Shown: one piece after another, positions 18,386-26,380 of the stretch
Position numbering within the stretch: position 1 is the first letter of the stretch
Layout of the letters: every line of letters starts with the position of its first letter
IMG/VR virus record: IMGVR_UViG_3300007511_000065
Location: 1-34,939 of that record
Source: a virus
Taxonomy: Duplodnaviria > Caudoviricetes
Length of the DNA stretch: 34,939 nucleotides
Direction: 5' to 3' (one strand)
Made by a program: the position numbers and the translations under genes
The notes under the pieces: model-generated
Seen by the model: the letters and a program-made list of their open reading frames with translations, nothing else
What the model was told of the DNA's origin: nothing
The model's database searches: none

Positions 18386-18724
18386 ATGAACGACAAAATG
18401 AAAAACAAAACCAAAGAGCAACTTGTGGCAATGATTGAAGATTTGGAAAATCAAGTTTCCGAGTTGAAGATCAAGAGAGCGAGAAATGTTAAAAAATATC
18501 GCTTGATCAACGGCAAAGTTGATAAAAAATTGCCAAAACAAGAGCTTGCTCTGATCGCTAACGCACCTGAAGATGAGGAATTTACTGGTGTCGATCTTGA
18601 GAATTTTGCAAAAGATTCTGGCGATCTGGTAACCCGTCAGCCAGAAGGTCGCATTTTCGCATGGTATCGTGCAGCGATGGTCGATGGTGGATACATTGAA
18701 GCGGTTAAGCCAGCGGTTAACTAA
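18386..18724 (+). CDS. Early protein, paralogue family member 1 (N-terminal coiled coil)
   Basis: RBS AAGGAG before ATG 18386; LPKQ...LVTRQPEGRIFAWYRAAM motif shared with 19581 and 26368. Confidence 0.85.
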   Translation: MNDKMKNKTKEQLVAMIEDLENQVSELKIKRARNVKKYRLINGKVDKKLPKQELALIANAPEDEEFTGVDLENFAKDSGDLVTRQPEGRIFAWYRAAMVDGGYIEAVKPAVN

Positions 18725-18731
18725 AAAGGTC

Positions 18732-18763
18732 AAGGGCAGTCATTTCGGTGGCTGCCCTTTTTT
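18732..18763 (+). terminator. Rho-independent terminator
   Basis: AAGGGCAGTCA-TTTCGG-TGGCTGCCCTT followed by a T-run. Confidence 0.85.
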
Positions 18764-18833
18764 GTTTCCGTCACCGGGCGCTCGAAAACTGCATAGAGTA
18801 GAGTGGAGGGCGAAGCAATTTTACGTTTAGCCG

Positions 18834-18862
18834 TTTACATTTGTCGTAAACCGATTTATAAT
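18834..18862 (+). promoter_or_regulatory. Sigma70-type early promoter 2
   Basis: TTTACA-17 bp-TATAAT; spacer TTTGTCGTAAACCGATT resembles the spacer of the 18209 promoter. Confidence 0.85.
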
Positions 18863-18937
18863 AGACTATATGAGCGCAGACCACGGTCATACTTGACTAA
18901 GCCTGATTTGGTCACAGGCATATAAAGGAGAAACGCA

Positions 18938-19072
18938 ATGGATAATCTTATTGCATGGGTAGTGTTGGCAGCCATTTTTGGTGCGTACGGCATGTGTGTT
19001 GTAACTGGACTTATTTCAAAAGAGACATTAGATGAAGCCAATGGTGTGGAAAAAACGATACTACGTCGTTGA
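18938..19072 (+). CDS. Small membrane protein (44 aa)
   Basis: Below the track cut-off. RBS AAGGAG; MDNLIAWVVLAAIFGAYGMCVVTGLISKETLDEANGVEKTILRR, one hydrophobic helix. Confidence 0.75.
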   Translation: MDNLIAWVVLAAIFGAYGMCVVTGLISKETLDEANGVEKTILRR

Positions 19073-19074
19073 TA

Positions 19075-19167
19075 ATGATGAGCGATTTCATAATACGCTC
19101 ATTAGTGATTACAGCGGTTGCTTTCAACACTGTAGTCTGGACTTGGTTAATTGAAAGCTATTGTTAA
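19075..19167 (+). CDS. Small hydrophobic peptide (30 aa)
   Basis: MMSDFIIRSLVITAVAFNTVVWTWLIESYC fills the gap between two genes; no clear RBS. Confidence 0.45.
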   Translation: MMSDFIIRSLVITAVAFNTVVWTWLIESYC

Positions 19168-19179
19168 TAGGAGAAACAA

Positions 19180-19377
19180 ATGAGAGGACGCAAGATCACT
19201 CAAGAACAGAAAGAGCAAATGATTGAATTAGCTCTTATAGATAAGACACCACGTGAGATAGTTGCGGCTGTAGGCTTGGCATACTCAACTGTGTGTACTT
19301 TTTTGAATAAGCATAAAACATCAATTGAGTTACTTCGCTCTAAGCAAGTAAAACGTTGGTGGCAATTCTGGAGATAA
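19180..19377 (+). CDS. Small HTH DNA-binding protein with KRWWQFWR tail
   Basis: RBS AGGAG; TPREIVAAVGLAYSTV is a helix-turn-helix pattern. Confidence 0.75.
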   Translation: MRGRKITQEQKEQMIELALIDKTPREIVAAVGLAYSTVCTFLNKHKTSIELLRSKQVKRWWQFWR

Positions 19378-19380
19378 GTA

Positions 19381-19584
19381 ATGGCAGCAATTACAATTGA
19401 CTCAAAGGCACCTGAGGGCAACGCCTTCATGGTGCTTGGTAAAGCTAAGTCAGTAATGAACGCTTTGGGTTATGAGCGAGATATTATCGATCAGATGATG
19501 TCAGAAGCTATGGACGGTGACTATGATCACTTGTGCCAGACCGTGGAAGAGTTCACTGATGGTTTCATGGAGATAGAAAGATGA
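19381..19584 (+). CDS. Hypothetical phage protein (acidic)
   Basis: GNAF..LG ... AM.GDYDHL pattern; tight operon packing. Confidence 0.75.
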   Translation: MAAITIDSKAPEGNAFMVLGKAKSVMNALGYERDIIDQMMSEAMDGDYDHLCQTVEEFTDGFMEIER

Positions 19585-20189
19585 CTTATGAAGCATTTGC
19601 ACTATTTAAAGACTCAGATGACTCTATCAGGAAACTGGTAGGGTTCACCCAAGCAGCACAAGGTAAAGCCTTTTGCATGGATAAGGATAATTTGTTTATA
19701 TCTACTGAAGAGCTCATTGACAAACTATCACTGGCTCAGATGGTAACAATATATAACAAGTATGCAGATAAAGAAATAAAGAAGTTTAAGGACAAAACGA
19801 CAGGGGCTGAACGCCTCTGGCATGTTCTAGAAGTATCTGCACAGCCTTCTGTATATGACAAAACCTCGGACGGTGGTGATAAATCACGAATTGAGCATAT
19901 ACCAAGACGTAAGAAGTCTGACAGGCTATACGTCTATGAGAAAGTAGATGATTTCGAGAAAGCTATTGCAGGTATGCCTAAACAAGCTAAAGATCTAGCA
20001 CATATCGTAAAAGCTGAATTACGCTCTCGTTGGACAGAGCCAGAGTTAAAGCAGGTGATACACGCTGCAGCACGCTCTGGTGCACTTAAGACGAAGCAAG
20101 ATCCTTGGCGCATATTTCAGTATTACAGAAGCCATCTTTTGAATGCTGGTATTCTACGTTTAACAACAAGATCATTGAGGGATATATAA
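19581..20189 (+). CDS. Early protein, paralogue family member 2 (shared domain at C-terminus)
   Basis: ATGA coupling; MPKQ...LKTKQDPWRIFQYYRSHL. Confidence 0.85.
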   Translation: MTYEAFALFKDSDDSIRKLVGFTQAAQGKAFCMDKDNLFISTEELIDKLSLAQMVTIYNKYADKEIKKFKDKTTGAERLWHVLEVSAQPSVYDKTSDGGDKSRIEHIPRRKKSDRLYVYEKVDDFEKAIAGMPKQAKDLAHIVKAELRSRWTEPELKQVIHAAARSGALKTKQDPWRIFQYYRSHLLNAGILRLTTRSLRDI

Positions 20190-20530
20190 TGTGGTTATAT
20201 TTTGATGATGCGTTTGTCAGTGTTGTAACACACCGAGAAGATGCTAATGTCGTCTTGGTGCGTTCACGCTGGAAAGCACATATTAATAAGCTGTTTCCTA
20301 AAGCAGTAGTTAAGTATTTGCCTAAGGCAGATTACCCATACAGAGCAGAAATTCTTAAAAAGGATTTCTCAGCTATGTTAGCCAGGAAAACAGAGGAAAT
20401 GCTGTATACAAACTTCAAGTATGCGCTTAAAGAAAAGTCTCCGGATCTCTACGAAGCAGCTTTACTGGTTTATGAAGATACCTTGTGGGGTAGAGAGATC
20501 CACGGGTGGTTGGGTAACCCTAACGTATAG
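20189..20530 (+). CDS. Hypothetical phage protein
   Basis: Start moved to ATG 20189 (TAATG overlap, GAGG RBS); MWLYFDDAFVSVV...LVRSR...DYPYRA...YTNFK. Confidence 0.8.
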   Translation: MWLYFDDAFVSVVTHREDANVVLVRSRWKAHINKLFPKAVVKYLPKADYPYRAEILKKDFSAMLARKTEEMLYTNFKYALKEKSPDLYEAALLVYEDTLWGREIHGWLGNPNV

Positions 20531-20544
20531 GTTACTTTATCGTT

Positions 20545-20578
20545 GAGCCCCTATGGACATCCTAGGGGCTCTCTTTTT
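20545..20578 (+). terminator. Terminator where the early and replication operons converge
   Basis: GAGCCCCTA-9 nt-TAGGGGCTC followed by TCTTTTT. Confidence 0.8.
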
Positions 20579-20952
20579 CACCTTTTTCTTATGATCCTTA
20601 AGAATTCTTGCCAATCATATGGCTTCTCAAACAAAACTCTAGGAACTGTTACCATACCATCCATTATCAAGTCATTGCTCTGATAAGGATCGTACAGTTT
20701 AATATCATCTTTGTGTCTGATGACAATCCAAACAGTACCTCCAGCATCTGCTCGTCTCATTAGCCAGGCAGCTTGATCTGCTCTTAAGTGGACTTTGTTA
20801 CCAGTGACAACTTTTAGTTCTAACCAGAACTCATCTCCACCGCAGCAACCATTTACATCAGGAACTCCTTGACTTGTTGCTGTTTCAATACGTTGCCAAT
20901 GAACCTCAGTTAACGCTTTCCTTATGCTGTTCCAGAAGCCGTTCTCTTTCAT
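20578..20952 (-). CDS. VRR-NUC / Holliday-junction-resolvase-like PD-(D/E)xK nuclease
   Basis: E..FW, RIE....GVPDV.....FWLELK and Q..W motifs; start probably ATG 20952. Confidence 0.85.
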   Translation of the reverse strand: MKENGFWNSIRKALTEVHWQRIETATSQGVPDVNGCCGGDEFWLELKVVTGNKVHLRADQAAWLMRRADAGGTVWIVIRHKDDIKLYDPYQSNDLIMDGMVTVPRVLFEKPYDWQEFLRIIRKR

Positions 20953-21112
20953 GTGTCTCACCCATTAAATATCGTGTTCCTTGCATTATAAGGTGTAAAC
21001 GCTCTCTAGCTTCGGGAAGATTACCTTCGGTTTCCAATAGTCTAAACACTAGCAAAATATCTGTATAGATAGCCTCTAGTTTCAATTGACATTCCTTGTT
21101 ATCATGTATCAT
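20906..21112 (-). CDS. Hypothetical protein
   Basis: ATGA-coupled to the polymerase stop; overlaps the nuclease gene start. Confidence 0.55.
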   Translation of the reverse strand: MIHDNKECQLKLEAIYTDILLVFRLLETEGNLPEARERLHLIMQGTRYLMGETHERERLLEQHKESVN

Positions 21113-22953
21113 TTTACATTCCCCCAGTTAGGTCCTATCTCTGCATCACAGAGAATAGGTATAGTTATTTCAGGCATACATTCCTCCATGATCTTCTTTA
21201 TCTCAGCAGCTTCTTTTAGACCCTCTATTGATAAATCTACTTCATCGTGTACTGTCAATTGTGGGGTATAACCAGCATCGTCTAATAAGACAATAGCTTT
21301 CTTCATCATATCAGCACTAGATCCTTGTATAAGAGCATTCAGTGCTTTATATGTGAAAGCGCGGCGTATCAGCGGACCATATTCTTCTAATGCCTCCTTT
21401 CTTGGTAATGGCTTATCATAACCACTATACTTCGTAGGTTCCCATAGATCAAACCTTCTCTTTCTGCCGAGGATAGTTTTTAAATATCCACGACGTGAAA
21501 CTGTGTTAGTGCAATAATCTTGCAGTCCTTTAACAAAAGGAACTTTCTCATGATATTGATGAAAGATTCTTTTAGACTCTTCAGGTGTCATACCTAATTG
21601 CTCAGTCATTCTTCTTGTGCCCATACCATAAGTCATTCCCAGGTTCAATGTCTTTGCAGTGGTTCGGTTAACGTTCGCCATCTCAGCAATCATGGTATGA
21701 TAATCTGTAGACGGGTCCTCTATAAATTGTTTTGCTGCATCTAAGGCACCTGGGAACTTTAGCAAGCTTGCGTAATGTATTGTAACACGGGGTTCTTGCT
21801 GGCTATAGTCGAATTTCCCCCATAAAGATCCTTCATCTGGAATAAATAAAGATCTTATTTGTGGTCCTATGCCATCACCACGTGCAGGTACTTGTTGTAA
21901 GTTAGGATTTGCAGAACTAAATCTACCAGAAACTGTTCCACCATCATCTCTTCGTAACTGATGGAATTGCGTGAATATTCTACCATTCTTAGAATGATCT
22001 AGAATCATGTTTTGTAGAAAAGTTCCGCGTGCTTTATTTAGTTTTCTTGTTTCTAGAATAGTAGAAGCAATCTCATGAGGGTCGCTAGCTAAAAATTGTT
22101 GGGTAAATGAGGGATTACCCTTATCGGTGGTATTATAGGGTAAACCTAAGGTCCTATAGGCCTTTTCGATACTTTTACTAGACCATATATCAATTGGATT
22201 ACCCGCTATGCGAGTCATTCGCTTAGATAATTCCTGTTCTTTAATACCCCAAGCATCATATAGTTCTTCTGTTTTATCTACATCAACGGCTACACCGCGT
22301 ATTCTCATTTTAAATAATACTGATTGCAGCTTTGACTCTAACTGAAAAAGATCCCACAAGCCTTCTTTTTTAAGCTTTTCGCGTTGTATAGCAAAGATTT
22401 TCATAGGTAAGACAGCATCTTGCTCTGCGTAAGGTCCTACATATTTACTAGGTAATTGCCACAAGCCAGCTTTAACATCTTTAATACCATAAGCATCCGC
22501 GGCTATTTTAAGCAGTTCTTCGTCTTTACTGTCTCCAAGATATTCTTCAGCAAGAGCCTGGAGGGCGAAACTTCTTTTATTTTCATCAAGTAAAGGCTCG
22601 GCTATTTGTATATCCCATAAAGGTCCACTGACGTGTATATCTTCAGTCCATAACCATTCTAGATCATATAATAAGTTTGCCCCGCATTTAGGGATATTCG
22701 TAGATAAAACTTCTTGCAGCCAGGAGACAATAACTTTCTTGTCCATATTTCCTGACTTATGACCTATAGGGAAATAGCCTACAAAACCTGTGTCTGTGGC
22801 TATGGAGACACCAGCTAAGTGTCCATCATGTCGAACACCTCCTGGTCCTAGTTTCTTTAGATTTGGATCGTTAGTTTCAGTATCTAACGATATGATTGAT
22901 GCATTAGATAAGTTCGGCAGCTCCGAAGGTGGTCTCCAGATACTCTCTGTCAT
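21109..22953 (-). CDS. polA: Family A DNA polymerase with 3'-5' exonuclease domain
   Basis: Exo SLDTET, N..YDL and YAEQDA; SGRFSS.NPNLQQVP; motif A DYSQQEPR, motif B RTTAKTLNLGMTYG, motif C VHDE. Start moved to ATG 22953 after GGAG. Confidence 0.95.
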   Translation of the reverse strand: MTESIWRPPSELPNLSNASIISLDTETNDPNLKKLGPGGVRHDGHLAGVSIATDTGFVGYFPIGHKSGNMDKKVIVSWLQEVLSTNIPKCGANLLYDLEWLWTEDIHVSGPLWDIQIAEPLLDENKRSFALQALAEEYLGDSKDEELLKIAADAYGIKDVKAGLWQLPSKYVGPYAEQDAVLPMKIFAIQREKLKKEGLWDLFQLESKLQSVLFKMRIRGVAVDVDKTEELYDAWGIKEQELSKRMTRIAGNPIDIWSSKSIEKAYRTLGLPYNTTDKGNPSFTQQFLASDPHEIASTILETRKLNKARGTFLQNMILDHSKNGRIFTQFHQLRRDDGGTVSGRFSSANPNLQQVPARGDGIGPQIRSLFIPDEGSLWGKFDYSQQEPRVTIHYASLLKFPGALDAAKQFIEDPSTDYHTMIAEMANVNRTTAKTLNLGMTYGMGTRRMTEQLGMTPEESKRIFHQYHEKVPFVKGLQDYCTNTVSRRGYLKTILGRKRRFDLWEPTKYSGYDKPLPRKEALEEYGPLIRRAFTYKALNALIQGSSADMMKKAIVLLDDAGYTPQLTVHDEVDLSIEGLKEAAEIKKIMEECMPEITIPILCDAEIGPNWGNVK

Positions 22954-23374
22954 ATTCGTTTCTCCAGTATCGTCCTGCTTTCTTCCATAATTCTTGTCCT
23001 GATGAAGGATAGTCTTCAAGAAAAATGATGCGTGTACAGGAAGTATTCAACAGTAGTTTTGTGCATGTAATACAAGGTGCTGTTGTGCAATAGCACGTCT
23101 TAATTTCGTAGACGTCTCTGCACTGTAATAAAGCATTCTGTTCTGCATGTATTGCTTCACATTCATTTAAAAAACTGCCCGAAGGCTTTTCAGCCCCCGG
23201 ACAGGGTTCTTCTATGCAATGACTCATACCAGCAGCTCCGCCATTATAACCGGTAGCAAGAACATGGTGACGCCCGCTGACAAGGACACAACCAACTTGT
23301 CTTCTTGCACAAGTACCGCGTTTAGCTACTAGTTTAGCCATTTCAAGGAAGTAGGTATCGCGATCAATCCTCAC
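22904..23374 (-). CDS. dCMP deaminase family protein
   Basis: C.RRQVG, TGYNG, HAEQNA and PC..C zinc-deaminase motifs. Confidence 0.93.
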   Translation of the reverse strand: MRIDRDTYFLEMAKLVAKRGTCARRQVGCVLVSGRHHVLATGYNGGAAGMSHCIEEPCPGAEKPSGSFLNECEAIHAEQNALLQCRDVYEIKTCYCTTAPCITCTKLLLNTSCTRIIFLEDYPSSGQELWKKAGRYWRNEYDREYLETTFGAAELI

Positions 23375-24167
23375 GAACGAAAACCTCCGTCATGAAGTTA
23401 GTAGGACATTCAATAATCCTACCATGAGCAAGACCGCGCAATTGCTCAACTAACTGACATTGTGATGTAAAATCATATGGATTAAATGGTTCGTATTCCC
23501 ATGTTCTTATTTCTGAATAGAGAACATCACCGGCTTTTTCCCAATTACGTTGATACAAATGCTGAGAACCTGCTGTTAGATATAAGTTACCTAACGTCAA
23601 ATCAGTCAAACCTCTGTTTCGCAACATTAGCATTATGTAACCAGTAAGCATAGTAAAGTTAAATACGTCATATGGCCAACCAAGCCAAGCATCACTAGAT
23701 CTCATTGTATCGTGACAGTTAATTACACCATCACGAATAGTCCATTGAATAGCAACGGTACAAGGTATGTCTTTACTAGGCCGCGGGTTAGGTCTCCATA
23801 TAGTCATTACCGCTTGTCTTGTATCGTTATCCTTTAAGAGCATATCACATACGTAATTCAATTGGTCTACTACTCGAGGGCCATATGCACCATTAAACCG
23901 CATACCATCATCACTGAATTGCTCTATCACTTTACTGTACGGAGCAATAGTTGCTACTCTGTTATCACCAGTGATGATCCATCTAGCTTCTGCTGGCATA
24001 AATTTATAGCCTAGCTTTCTCTCGCAGACAGTAACAATAGGATATTTCATATCAACAATAGAAGTATATGCAAGCTCTTCTCTTACCAGCATACCCCTTG
24101 GGTTACAGGTGGGTGCATCAAGCATTTTATTCAATAAGGCTATCCAAGCTTCATTTGCTGTTGCCAT
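23364..24167 (-). CDS. Thymidylate synthase homologue, probable dCMP hydroxymethylase/methylase
   Basis: YGPR, DTRQA, catalytic PC(136)T, RSSDAWLGWPYD(167) and SQHLY; Asp at the position of E. coli ThyA Asn177. Confidence 0.88.
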   Translation of the reverse strand: MATANEAWIALLNKMLDAPTCNPRGMLVREELAYTSIVDMKYPIVTVCERKLGYKFMPAEARWIITGDNRVATIAPYSKVIEQFSDDGMRFNGAYGPRVVDQLNYVCDMLLKDNDTRQAVMTIWRPNPRPSKDIPCTVAIQWTIRDGVINCHDTMRSSDAWLGWPYDVFNFTMLTGYIMLMLRNRGLTDLTLGNLYLTAGSQHLYQRNWEKAGDVLYSEIRTWEYEPFNPYDFTSQCQLVEQLRGLAHGRIIECPTNFMTEVFVRED

Positions 24168-24231
24168 GTTTTACCTCCTCATAATATAGGTATAACAAAA
24201 AGGAAATCCAGATGATACCAAAAACAATCAT
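24151..24231 (-). CDS. Possible 26-aa hydrophobic peptide
   Basis: MIVFGIIWISFLLYLYYEEVKHGNSK, ATGA-coupled to the kinase stop. Confidence 0.35.
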   Translation of the reverse strand: MIVFGIIWISFLLYLYYEEVKHGNSK

Positions 24232-24836
24232 TGCTGTAACCATCTTAGAGCTCCTTGGATGTTTCTAGCATCCATTGCGAATTGTTCAACTTGACCACCA
24301 TGATCTTCAATACAATAACGTAGACCATCTACTCTGTTTTGGAAACCTCCGCCACGGGTAATTCGAGCAGCAAGGCTATCACCTTTACAAGATTTATTGC
24401 CATACCACAGATCTATATAACGCTTGCAAACAGCTTCCATATTGTCATACATTTCATCTCTTGTTTCGCGCATTTCTTTATGCCGAGCAACACCCGCCTT
24501 AACTGTCTTTGGCATTGCGATGATATATAAAGCACTAGCCTGTTGAGCTTTAATGTCCATAATTTGTTCATTAAAAGTAGGATCTGACCCATCTCTATAA
24601 ACAGCTGCATAAATATTTTCACTCATCCAGAGTCTGTCAATGACAACCAAACGCGTTTTAGATGCTTCAATAGCGTCATGAAGAATACCAAGCTGATAAC
24701 TATACATATCCAAATCATCATCATAGGTAAGATGAATATACTCACTACCAGGGGATATCTGACATATCTTGTTTGCCAAGGTGGTTTTACCTGTCGCATC
24801 TGGTCCATCAATAATAATCAATCCTTTATGCTTCAT
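24228..24836 (-). CDS. P-loop nucleotide monophosphate kinase (thymidylate-kinase-like)
   Basis: IIIDGPDATGKTT Walker A and VIDR...SE.IY motif. Confidence 0.85.
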   Translation of the reverse strand: MKHKGLIIIDGPDATGKTTLANKICQISPGSEYIHLTYDDDLDMYSYQLGILHDAIEASKTRLVVIDRLWMSENIYAAVYRDGSDPTFNEQIMDIKAQQASALYIIAMPKTVKAGVARHKEMRETRDEMYDNMEAVCKRYIDLWYGNKSCKGDSLAARITRGGGFQNRVDGLRYCIEDHGGQVEQFAMDARNIQGALRWLQQ

Positions 24837-25246
24837 CGATAATCCCTCTCTTCTGCCATAAAGGCTTCCATAACAATACCTTCAATATCAGGAGATTTCC
24901 AGTCATCTGGTTTTACTACATCAAGAAGTGTACCTCGTTTAGAGTCATCAGCATTATTGGCGCGCACTTTACTCATGTTTGCTCGCTGAACTTCATCCCA
25001 ACCTTCTTGCCAAGGGAAACCCATACCGTAAGCTGTTCCCATAGCAACATAAACAAGATCGATTAATGCATCAAAGACTTCAGCATAATCCGCTTTTTCC
25101 AAGCCAGCTTCTAATTCAGCTAATTCTTCTTTAAGAAAGTTTACCCTAAATTCTTGGTAATGTTTAGATCCAAGGTCTGGTTTACCTATCTGCTTTAAAC
25201 CAAATTTTTCATGAAAAGCAATAATGTCTTTATACATATCAGCCAC
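24833..25246 (-). CDS. MazG-like all-alpha (d)NTP pyrophosphohydrolase
   Basis: FHEKFG, EELAE, DALIDLVYV..G, V..ANMSK and KP..W..P. Start is GTG 25246 (GGAGG RBS) or ATG 25237, not 25384. Confidence 0.88.
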   Translation of the reverse strand: MADMYKDIIAFHEKFGLKQIGKPDLGSKHYQEFRVNFLKEELAELEAGLEKADYAEVFDALIDLVYVAMGTAYGMGFPWQEGWDEVQRANMSKVRANNADDSKRGTLLDVVKPDDWKSPDIEGIVMEAFMAEERDYR

Positions 25247-26063
25247 GACAATCCTCCCAATGATCAGAACTAGAATAAGGTGTTTCAATACAAGACCATG
25301 GTGGGAAAATATCTGGCTTGTCCATACTTTTATGTGTAACTCTCCAAATAACATTTCGTGAATGTTCAGGAAATAATGGAGCAAACATAACGGCTAAAAA
25401 GTTCACATCATAATATTCTCTTAAAGCATCAAAAGCACCGTCAAGTTCCCATTCATATAACTTGTTTTTATAATCGGTAATAGAAGCAAAAGTTCCGTAA
25501 TGAGCCTCAATAGTAAAGCCGTGATCTTCTAACATACGACCAAAGGCTTCGTAGGTCATCTCATTGACGTGGTTTGCTGCTGCTTTACCATTAAAGCAAG
25601 GGGTAGAAATAAAAGCTACACCGTCATTAGTCAAATGTTCTTTAATAGTTTTAAGCATGCGATGAACGTGCTCAGGCTCAATATGTTCAACAACTTCAAA
25701 ACATGTAATTATATTTCGATCGTTGGGCAAAGCTAGTCCTGTAACATCACCACTAATTAATTCAATTGGAAACTTACCGGTGTGGAACATTTCAGGTACT
25801 TCCAATTTGTTTACGTCAACTCCAATATAGTCTTTTGCTATCATTCGAGATGAGTACATTGTTTTAGCTAATGGAACTTCTTTACCGCAGCCAATATCTA
25901 AAATCTTGGCATTCTTATAGCGTCCTTTAGCATTCAAATATTTGATTACATGGGTCCATCTAAGTACATGTGCAATATAATCTCTGTGAATAAACCCACG
26001 TTTTTCGGCTGTGTCTAATGACAAGTGGGTGTTGTCAATAGCCTTTCCTCTAGCATTCGCCAT
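25239..26063 (-). CDS. Class I SAM-dependent methyltransferase (small-molecule type)
   Basis: ILDIGCG, YIGVD, CFEVVEH, G...ISTP and H..E motifs; no DNA-MTase DPPY/NPPY/PC motif seen; RBS AGGAG. Confidence 0.88.
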   Translation of the reverse strand: MANARGKAIDNTHLSLDTAEKRGFIHRDYIAHVLRWTHVIKYLNAKGRYKNAKILDIGCGKEVPLAKTMYSSRMIAKDYIGVDVNKLEVPEMFHTGKFPIELISGDVTGLALPNDRNIITCFEVVEHIEPEHVHRMLKTIKEHLTNDGVAFISTPCFNGKAAANHVNEMTYEAFGRMLEDHGFTIEAHYGTFASITDYKNKLYEWELDGAFDALREYYDVNFLAVMFAPLFPEHSRNVIWRVTHKSMDKPDIFPPWSCIETPYSSSDHWEDCRG

Positions 26064-26082
26064 CGTTTCTCCTATAGTTAAT

Positions 26083-26100
26083 GCCCCTCCGAAGAGGGGA
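26083..26100. terminator. cUUCGg hairpin, possible partial terminator
   Basis: Minus strand CCCCTC-TTCG-GAGGGG with a weak U-tract; T-rich tail on the plus strand. Confidence 0.55.
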
Positions 26101-26107
26101 CTTTGTT

Positions 26108-26368
26108 TTAATCGTCAGCAATTTCTCTGCGTTCTACTTCAATACAATTATTATCCATAAGTACTCGCTGATAATAAGACAGGATCCTACTAACAGATTG
26201 CTTAGTAGTCAAGCGGCGTTCAAGAATAGCTAGCAAATCATTGCGCTCAATAGGTTCTTGCTTAGTAACCTCTTTGATAACCTCAACGATTTCCCAAGCT
26301 TGATCAGGAACATCACATTCCGCTGGACAATCTTTGTATGAATAAAACTTTAGAATTTTCTTTGCCAT
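26108..26368 (-). CDS. Small protein, paralogue family member 3
   Basis: VPDQ...LTTKQSVSRILSYYQRVL. Confidence 0.8.
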   Translation of the reverse strand: MAKKILKFYSYKDCPAECDVPDQAWEIVEVIKEVTKQEPIERNDLLAILERRLTTKQSVSRILSYYQRVLMDNNCIEVERREIADD

Positions 26369-26380
26369 ATTTTTTCCTTG

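Noticed and set aside
18287-19430. Minus-strand ORFs 18287-18733, 18856-19041 and 19200-19430
   Set aside because: Antisense to plus-strand genes that have promoter, RBS and terminator support.
23364-24167. Ordinary thyA call
   Set aside because: Asp replaces the dUMP-specifying Asn and PCT replaces PCH, so the symbol was withheld.
22954-25384. Long N-terminal extensions given by the ORF track (polymerase 23019, MazG-like 25384; likewise 12954, 18344, 20105)
   Set aside because: Downstream starts have RBS or coupling support and avoid long overlaps.
25239-26063. Restriction-modification DNA methyltransferase
   Set aside because: Lacks DPPY/NPPY/SPPY or PC catalytic motifs; the layout is that of small-molecule class I MTases.
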